DNA of 64,000 bases from Chlorokybus atmophyticus (taxonomy: Eukaryota > Plantae > Mesostigma and Chlorokybus algae), in contig RHPI01003256.1 of NCBI GenBank assembly GCA_009103225.1, forward strand, positions 70,914-134,913. Reading direction: 5' to 3'. Both the position numbers and the translations under genes were made by a program. Shown here piece by piece: positions 1 through 8,781 of the stretch (within the stretch, counting starts at the first letter, position 1; the number at the start of each line of letters is the position of its first letter). The notes below the pieces were generated by a model. The model saw only the letters and a program-made list of their open reading frames with translations. It was not told the origin of the DNA and ran no database searches.

Positions 1-801
1 CAAAGTCCCGACTCGACGACTAAGTATTGAAATAATGCCATTGCGGCAAATGCAACTTGTGGGACATTAATAGACCATGTACAAAGCCTTGGTTGTATTG
101 CCACCATTGCAGTCGTCGATGCAATGCTGCTGACTGATCGCACATGGCACACGGGCATACATACGTACATGCAAGGATATATGTACATAGGCCGCGGTCA
201 CTGCTTGCCAAGGTCACTGCTGAATGAACCTGGTGCGCGGCCAGCACCGCTACGACAGACTAAACCTGCACATAATTGTACATTGCAATGCATGTACGCA
301 GTGTCACTGAGTAGCTGCATGGGCCAAGGTCCATCCACAATAGGTATGATCTACCCTGCGGGTATCATATCGCCCACAACACATCCCAATGCCAGGCTTC
401 AGCGAACTAACACCCGATTGATGTCGCTCGGCGTTGGCGGCCAACGGGATCGGGCACAGGGTCGGGCGGCTCCACCAGGCTGGTGACTCTCCCGTGTTGC
501 ACAGATACATTTTATTGCACGTGACCGCCAGTGGACCCCTGACGAAGGTGCATACAGCGAAAGAGCCACAGTCGTTGCAACCATGCATTGATACAGCCCA
601 GCCAGTAAAAGGGCATTGCTTATACTCGCCACCAATGCGCACGCGACCTAACTATTACAGAACCTTCCTCCGGGGCAGGCCCACGTAGAAGAGTTCATTG
701 GTCGTATTGGGACTCACGCATGGCAAAGCTTGGAGCGTCTTTGAACACTTTGCCAACGCTCGTGGATGCTGACATGACGTGCACGTGCACGTGCACGAAC
801 G

Positions 802-1127
802 CATGAGAATGTTCACGGGCTTGCAATTGAAGGAACCGAAAACTTGAACATCACGACAAGCAACCACACAACCCACCCACCCACCCACCCATGCAGATAC
901 AGACACCGGCACATGCACAGACGTGCAAGCAAGCAAGCAAACCAAGCAATCGCACCTGAGCGCACGTGATGACTGCACGTGCATGCATGCTTGCATGAGA
1001 ATGTTCACGGGCTTGCAATTGAGGGAAACTTGCACATTAAAACAAGCAACCACACAAGCCCCACCCACCCACCCACCCACATGCACACACAGACACATGC
1101 ACAGACGTTGAGGCAAGCAACCAAACC
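802..1127. repeat. ~192-bp tandem duplication; the second copy is interrupted by the TRIM and resumes at ~3035
   Basis: CATGAGAATGTTCACGGGCTTGCAATTGA occurs at 802 and 994, each followed by (CACC)n and CAAGCAA tracts. Copy 1 shows the uninterrupted ...GCAAACCAAGCAA site. Confidence 0.8.
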
Positions 1128-1265
1128 TGTCACAGCCCACTCGACCACAAAAGACTTGGTGCTTTTATGGTCGATTTGTGGTAATTTGAAGTACCTTCCC
1201 GTTACATTCCCCCCCACTTAAGAACGCTGACGTCCTCGGCAGCTGCCCGGTCAGCTGGGGAATTA

Positions 1266-1733
1266 CAGTCTACCCCCGTTATAAGAATCACGTTTATCTT
1301 TCAACTTTTCATTCCACTAACGGGGTTATTCTCTTGGCGCTTATAAGACTATATATTCTTTTATCGTTTGAAGAATATATATTCTGTTAATGGGGGTATC
1401 GACCGATAACCTCAAGCCACGTCATCATTTGCTGACATGGCAAAATTCAGATTCATATGTCCTATATAAACCATACAATACAATATTTGAACTTAATGAT
1501 TTACCTTATATAATTACTCTAATATCAACAAGACAATCATGCTATTAACAAGGTATTCCCCCGTTACAAGACTGAGCCCACTTAAATTTTCAAGCCTTCT
1601 CTTTAGTCTTATTACGTACAAGACTATTCCACTAACCGAAAATATTTGCCTGTAAAACCATTGGTCTTTTCGTAATCCATGATCTTAGCGGGGTTATTCC
1701 CTTAAAGCGAAGTCTTTTAACGGGGGTAGACTG
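1266..1733. mobile_element. 468-bp Tc1/mariner(pogo)-type MITE nested in the TRIM
   Basis: 21-bp TIRs CAGTCTACCCCCGTTATAAGA / TCTTTTAACGGGGGTAGACTG with one mismatch. TA duplicated at 1264-1265 and 1734-1735. The third TRIM unit shows the empty site GGGAATTACCCAAGG (~2637-2651). Confidence 0.9.
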
Positions 1734-2921
1734 TACCCAAGGGGTTTGTTAGGGTCGGTCACCGGCCCCACCACCCAAGGACCGGCTAATTTAGGCCCAT
1801 ACCGGTCAACGCGCGCATAGCGCTCCGCTGCCGGCCCCACAGGTCGCGTCGCCGCGATAGGCAGGTCGCACCCTGCCGCGCCGACTGAACTGGTCAGGTC
1901 ACTTCGGCGCGACTGCCATTAGGCAAGTCGCGACCCATCGATGATGGCACTCATAAAGTGACCATTTACGATTATTGGATCGAGAAACAACGACCGCGGA
2001 ATTCGTATGCAAGGCAGGAATTGAACCCGGGTCTCAAGCTCCGATGACCAATGTCACAGCCCACTCGACCACAAAAGACTTAGTGCTTTTATGGTCGATT
2101 TGTGGTAATCTAATGTACCTTCCCGTTACATTCCCCCCCACTTAAGAACGCTGACGTCCTCGGCAGCTGGCGCTCATCAGCTAGGGAATCTTCCCAGGGG
2201 TCTGATTTAGGGTCGGTCACCGGCCCCACCACCCAAGGACCGGCTAATCTAGGCCCATACCAGTCAACGCGCGCATAGCGCGCCGCTGCCGGCCCTACAG
2301 GTCGCGTCGCCGCGATAGGCAGGTCGCGCCCTGCCGCGCTGACTGAACTGGTCAGTTCGGTGCGACTGCTATTACGCAAGTCGCGACCCATCGATGATGG
2401 CACTGATAAAGTGACCATTTACGATGTTATTGGATCGAGAAACAACGACCGCGGAATTCGTGTGCAAGGCAGGAATCGAACCCGGGTCTCAAGCTCCGAT
2501 GACCAATGTCACAGCCCACTCGACCACAAAAGACTTGATACTTTTACGGTCGATTTGTGGTATTTTAATGTGCCTTCCCGTTACATTCCCCCCCACTTAA
2601 GAATGCTGACGTCCTCGGCAGCTGCCCGCTCAGCTGGGGAATTACCCAAGGGGTTTGTTAGGGTCGGTCACCGGCCCCACAGCCAAGGACCGGCCAATTT
2701 AGGCCCATACCGGTCAACGTGCGCATAGCGCGCCGCTGCCGGCCCCACAGGTCGCGTCGTCGCGATAGGCAGATCGCGCCCTGCCGCGCCGACTGAACTG
2801 GTCAGTTCGGTGCGACTGCTATTACGCAAGTCGCGACCCATCGATGATGGCACTGATAAAGTGACCATTTACGATGTTATTGGATCGAGAAACAACGACC
2901 GCGGAATTCGTGTGCAAGGCA

Positions 2922-2975
2922 GGAATCGAACCCGGGTCTCAAGCTCCGATACCAATGTCACAGCCCACTCGACCA
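2922..2975 (-). promoter_or_regulatory. Putative type-2 (tRNA-like) Pol III promoter spanning the TRIM LTR/PBS junction; present at all three junctions
   Basis: Minus strand: A box TGGTCGAGTGG (2975-2965, inside the LTR) and B box GGTTCGATTCC (2932-2922), 32 nt apart. The junction near 2020 has GGTTCAATTCC, which also fits the consensus. Confidence 0.65.
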
Positions 2976-4529
2976 CAAAAGACTTGGTGCTTTTATGGTC
3001 GATTTGTGGTAATTTGAAGTACCTTCCCGTTACAAAACCAAGCAAGCAACCGCACCCAAGCGCATGACCATCAACTGCTTACCGGAGAGGGCCATGACAC
3101 AATCAATGGCACATGATTCCTCCACTAAAACATGAGCTCTCTAGGCCATGACTGGCCATGACTATGGCGGCAATGGTGACACAGCAACCCATTAGCACAG
3201 AGCTTTTAAAGTCCACCTCACAGCCACCATCAAGAGAAAATGCAGCTTACTTAAGTAGCTTGAAGTTGAGCCAACAGCCGTTTTGGCCAGCGGACACCCC
3301 TCACTGCTAACACCCCTCACTGGCGACCTCACTGACACCTGAGTGAGCCATGTACTGTCGTTGTTTTGGCACAGTAACTGTTAAAAGTATGAAATTGTGG
3401 CAGAGTCGTACAAATATATTGACGCCGGCGCAGGCCACAGGTGTCATACGGCGTCACAAGAGGCCTACGATGCCGTAAGACACCCTAATGACCGAAGCAG
3501 TTAGTGGACAACCACGATGTACGCAGTGGTTTTCTTAAATGCTGACTCGCATCAGCATTAGAGAAAGCTGCCCCTTCCCCTTTGTGGTAAAATCTACCGT
3601 GTTTACCCTAACCTCCGAGACGCCTCGAGACCCCCCCTCAAGACGCCGCACCCGAGCCCGTCCGGAGTGTCGCGCAGCGCGCACCGAGACGAGCGTCGCG
3701 CGTTGCGGCGGTGCGCAGGCTCTTGCGCCCGTTGTGCGGGTGCGCACCCGCTGAGTGGCTTTTCAATGTGTAATTTTTAATTCATTAATCTCATCATTAT
3801 GTGCAAGCTACTCATATATCCTTGCAATAGTGTCAATTTTAGTGGTGATAGCAGCAAGTAGCTTGGACGCTGGCTAATATGCTTGCTGGTGATTGTGCTC
3901 ATATAATTCTGCTACAACATACACATCATACTTTGATTAAAAGTATACCCGTAATTAAAATGTGTGTATTAAAATGCGTCGTGCATTGCCCATGCAACGA
4001 ACATGACTACAATCAACAATATATTACGCATGTACATGAGAACCAACAATAATATAAGTAAAACGTAATAACAATGTGTATTCAAAATGCATTGAATTGC
4101 CCATGTATGTAATGCATGCAACGAACATGATTACATCTAACGATATATTGCGCATGTAGCTATCATAAATAAACGTCCACCACCGGCTCCACAGCTACTT
4201 CGCTAACTACACCAACACCTCATGCAAACATGCATATGTGATGGTTATCACTTACACATTGATGTGAACAATTGCAATGCATCAACCCCACACGCATGTC
4301 AGCTTTATAATACGTTTGTTGCATGCATCATGTGACGCCCCGCTACACACATACCTACGCTCTCGCAGCTCTCACAAGACCAAGAACTGATTGCCACAAG
4401 GTGGTGGTCATGCGTTATAATACCATGACTTGCCTGGCGTGCTGCGTGTGCTTGTGCGTGTACTTTGCATCTATCGGAAAGCCTATACTACTTGCTACTC
4501 TCCAATTTGGCACATCTATATAGGATGTT

Positions 4530-7099
4530 CAAGGTCAACGAGATCAAGCCACATATGCGATGACCTGTCAGCACAAGCTGATTTTATCTATTCTTCAATA
4601 CCCACTGTCACATTATTTATGATTGACCTCTCACTTACCCACTGGTGAGAGTCACGAACTTCTGCAGAAGCAGATGAACTTTACCATACACCTCACAACC
4701 AGCAACAACCCATCGTGGCACAAGGGAGTGGATAAAGGGAGCCCCTTCAACAGCTTTAGCTGGGCACCCTACACACAAGTAGTAGTCTTGCAAGGCCAAC
4801 CACTGACAGCCAGCACAACGCGGTAGCCTACTACCGAGTCACACCTCTACACTACATGATGCTCCGACCTGACACATAGAATGTCCAAGGCCAATAAGGC
4901 CTCGCCATCCAAGCGCTGCCCTGTCAGCATAGGCTAACCTTGCACAGTAGGCTTGATGGAAGTACAATTATTTGGGGTGGGATGTGACGGCGTCCAGGCG
5001 TGCGCTAAGCGTGTACGCATTGCAACGACAACAACAATATACTCGCCTAAGCGCTCATTTGAACCCTCTTCCGACAACACCATCCAAGTCCTTGCTGCAA
5101 GTGAGGTAATGGAGGTCTGCATTGCACACCCTTCTTGATATTAGAACTTACGGCTAGTTGTGAACTGGTCGTGCCGAAGTTGAAGTCTGCAACTTCCTGC
5201 GCTGCCCTGCACATGTGCTGACTCAGCACATGGCATCCCACTGGGTCGGATCCAGTGGGACGCCATCTCGATGAGTGTTGGGGTGGAGAGACGATAACTA
5301 CTGCATGCACGCACGCAGTCAGCCCATGCACTCCCACAAGCTCTACTTGGTTTGAGTTGAATCGCATCGTCATGAATTGGTCGATCATACATGCTGCATG
5401 CTGCAAGGAGGTACCTCAAAACGTACGCAAAACGGATGGAGCTTGCCCCAGACGTGGCCTTTCGTCTGCCGCGGCGACGAGCAACAAACGAACGAATTAC
5501 TAGAAAGCAGCACGCCAAAGGAGACGTCGGTCATTAGTCTCTTGACAACCGCTTACAAGAAATATCAAGCAGCAAGCACGACACTCAGGGAGTCAGGTCA
5601 CTGCATGTTGAGTCAAAATGTGTCTACTACACAATGCCTCTTCGGACACCCACGGCGGGTTTTTATAGCGCTGAAGACCACCTGTCACAGCAATACGGCA
5701 GGCATGCGGGCGGGCGCGTGCACGCGCAAGCGCGTTTGATGAGGACATGCACAGAGCCACAGCTTGGCCACAGCTTGGCCCTTTGCCAAACTTTGTTGAG
5801 AGCCACGCCATCTTGTGACCCTGCTTCGATATCAGCAGACAGGTCTCGATACAACCACAGGGCGGCAAGTGTCGCGGGGATGGAAGCAAAGCCTGTGGCA
5901 AAGCCGGGGGCCCATCCCGTGATCTGGAGGTAGACCGTCAACAGCAGCAGCGAGCAGGCCTGGAGATAGTACAATCCATCGCGAACTGTGTTACTTTGTC
6001 TGCAAGTGCTGCATTGAGAAAGACAACATTGCCTTGCGTCAAGCAGCAGTTTGCACGTGCTTACTGGGCAGTAAGCATTTGACAAGAGAGGACTAGTGTA
6101 ACGAAGCATGTGCACACAATGTGGTGCGCACCTGCCAGTAGGCTAGGTTGGCTCTTTTGATGACTGCGTTACCTGATCGCAACGCCCACACAAACAGGTA
6201 CTGAGGAATGACCTGACAGCAAAGCGCATTGGTAAATAGTGCTGATGATCTCACTTCACGCCGGAGGAAAGGGGGAGGTCTGACTGACACACTGCAAATG
6301 CATGTAACTACTGCCATTATACGCATAATTGCAATGGCTGTTCTGAAGTTGGTACTGCCACGGTGTCACATGAACAACTTGCTTGTACTACATCAACATA
6401 CCAAAGCAATCGGGTCACATGTGCGCACTCACCATATTGAAGATGACGGCCAGCCAGAAGTCGCTCCATACCATTAAAGGCAGCCATTCAGGACTTGCTG
6501 AGTTGATAGCCGGAAACCCAACAGATAACGCCTGCAGCAAGTGGACAACAACTCAAGATGGCAGTGAGCAAGCCTTGTGCTTCACTCTGTGCAAAGCAGC
6601 AGCTGGGAACATCCACAACGACAGTGACAGCTGCATCAATGTAGCAATCGAAAAGTCGCAATGACAACCATCTGTAACAGCGCTACCAACTTCAGACACG
6701 AGCGTTGGGCCACAAGCATGCAAGGTCCCCACTATGCACCACACCCACAGCGTTGTTCTCAGCTTGCATGTACACAGTCTCGCCCCCTCTCTCACCTGCG
6801 CTGCTGGCAGCATCAACAGCAGTCGCTGCCAGCGCCGGCGGCGGCGAAGCGGCCAGCGTCAGCAACCCGGCCGCCGCAGGCAGCAGAGAGAGCAGAGGCA
6901 ACCGCAGCCCAGAAGGTGAGGAGGAGGAGGGAGAGGAGGAGGAGGAGGAGGAGGAGGAGGGGGCGCCTGTCCTGAAGCTCCTCCGCTCCTGCCTAGCTGA
7001 CGCTGCTGGCAGCACGCAGCGCTGCCGGCGCCTGTCGGAGACGGAAGGATGCGGGAGCGAGCAGCACGACGCCGGCAACCTGCACACCGACACCGCCAT
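4530..7099 (-). CDS. Plastid-targeted DUF3177-family membrane protein (multi-exon; 3' end approximate)
   Basis: Exon 7099-6796 encodes a Ser/Arg-rich transit peptide. Exons 6531-6433, 6212-~6132 and 5959 onward splice at GT-AG junctions to WSDFWLAVIFNMVIPQYLFVWALRSGNAVIKRANLAYWQACSLLLLTVYLQITGWAPGFATGFASIPATLAALWLYRDLSADIE. This matches the recalled cyanobacterial DUF3177 pattern (DYRLAVLFTV.IPL.LLIWA...YW.VSSLLAITVYL...LWFWVDLNDEI). Confidence 0.75.
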
Positions 7100-7481
7100 G
7101 ATATAGAGTTGTTCTGTCCTGTCCTGCAGCTGTGTGTTGTTACTCGTCGTTTCTCTCCCGTCAAGTGAGGGCGGCGCAGTACGGCTTCCCGTCAGTTTAG
7201 CTGCTGCGAGCGAGGTGGAACGGGGAGATGCTGCCTCCCGTGCATACATACAGCACAACACTTGGTGGTTGCTTTCTTCCTGCTTGTGAAGTGAGACTGC
7301 TGCACGTGCACTCAACGTAAACAGGTCCTTGAGCTGATATGGTGGCTTGCTTGCATGTTGACCATGGCACACAAAACATGCACGCTGAACATACGCTGGC
7401 GCGACCTCGCATGCATACGCGCATGCCCATGCACGTGCGGTGTGCGATGTGGAGTGGCTCGCAACACATAGCGGAGGGGTA

Positions 7482-8700
7482 ATGGATGTTCAGTTCGCCT
7501 CCGCCGCCTATCCTACTGGCGCGCGCGCCGAAGGCCACCACGCCCACTGTGGCAACCACCTTCGACCATCAGGGTGAGAGTCAATGCATGCGATTGTGCA
7601 GTGCTTGTGTGCTTGCGCGTGTGCGCGCCAGTGTGCGTGTGTGTGGCTGTGTACGTGTGCCCGTGCGCGCACATCTGCGTGTGCACACGCATGCATGACT
7701 GTTACTGCTTGTTTCATTGCCACGCCAGCAGGCCGTTACCAGCAGGAAGTGAAAGACAGTTGTCACTCAGGACATGTGCACCAACCATTCGCATCTCTCA
7801 CCACACATCTAACGCACAAGTTCTCTATCAGGGTGACTGCACATGGCAGTGGCGGACGTCACAATAGTGGAGAGGTTTGTGCCAGCAGAGTGGGTTTACG
7901 GGGATAATGTTGCAGGCGAGAGTGATGATGTCAACACTTTGCCCCTAGCATCGACATCGCTGAAATAGGTTTAGAAACTGCTCTGCGTGATGGATACTCT
8001 CTGCTCTAGGCTACTGTCGCCCATTAAGGAGCTGCTTAAAGCACTGCTGGAAGTGACATCTTCTAGTGATAACATTCCTACCAGCGATGTCGACACTTTG
8101 CTCAACAGGCGTGACAGTAAAGTTGTGTCGAACTCTATGTAGGGACTTTACGTCTACTGTGTTGCAACGTCCTGCAATCACCTTGCATCATGTTGTTTAA
8201 CTTGACACTGTCTACATCAGCAGAGCAAGCCTCCTCCTCTCCTCGGCCACCCCAAATAGGGAGTCGCAAGAATGAGAGCATTTGACTCTCTGTTGTCACT
8301 GGTGCTGATGGGCAGGTGTTGTGCCCTTTGAAGCGGTGTTGTTGTATGCTATAACGTGATTGTGTTGGCCAGAAAGAGGACAAGACAGCACTTGTACCTG
8401 CATTGCTTGCAGTCATCAGCAAGAAATGTTTCTGGGTACACTGTTTATCTATCCACAAGTGCAGTTCGGCAGATAGCATTGCAGCCGGACGTTCATGTGC
8501 GTAGCACTTGTGCACAGTCGACAGCAGCGAGCACACACGTAGCATAGTAAGGTGTATTACTAGTTTTGACTGTCTTTTGTACAGTATGTATCTGGACTAC
8601 GAGGGAAGTATCTACTGGCAGATGTCGTCAAGACTCAGAGCAAACAGCTGCCTGTTTGAACTATGGCGGCACTCACTCATGGCATGGGGCAAAATGTCAC
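7482..8700 (+). CDS. Possible unidentified spliced gene, head-to-head with the DUF3177 gene
   Basis: ATG at ~7482 opens a GC-rich segment that ends in a GTGAG donor (~7574), followed by a TGCATG/GT-rich intron like others in this window. No recognisable product; extent uncertain. Confidence 0.25.
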
Positions 8701-8781
8701 AGGTTGGAGTATGAAGTGCATAATCAACATCTAACACCCTTGGAGCTGACGGCTTTGCGTGCGCTACCTGGCTCGGGATGG

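Larger units (their letters stand above)
1128..3034 (-). mobile_element. Tandem-array TRIM (non-autonomous miniature LTR retrotransposon): 4 LTRs and 3 internal regions
   Basis: 79-bp TG..CA LTRs at 1128-1206, 2052-2130, 2507-2585 and 2956-3034. 5-bp TSD AAACC at 1123-1127 and 3035-3039. On the minus strand, PBS TGGTATCGGAGC (2943-2954, resembles the tRNA-iMet PBS TGGTATCAGAGC) follows the LTR, and PPT TTAAGTGGGGGGGAA precedes each downstream LTR. Internal regions are ~375 bp and no retroelement protein is recognisable in them. Confidence 0.92.

Noticed and set aside
24-38. GTATTGAAATAATGC shared with ~17393
   Set aside because: A 15-bp match with no extended similarity; at most a trace of an old dispersed repeat.
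2915-2985. A functional tRNA gene at the TRIM junction
   Set aside because: The D-arm and a partial T-arm pair, but the acceptor stem does not and the anticodon stem is mostly wobble pairs. Kept only as a promoter-like arrangement.
2110-3067. ORFs 2110-2418, 2360-2728, 2668-2868 and 2810-3067
   Set aside because: Chance frames in the GC-rich TRIM repeat. They differ between copies and contain no retroelement motifs.
4560-5900. Degenerate hAT transposase on the plus strand (SSTWFELNR, ILDP-like fragments)
   Set aside because: Matches are weak, and the minus strand is better explained by spliced DUF3177 exons.
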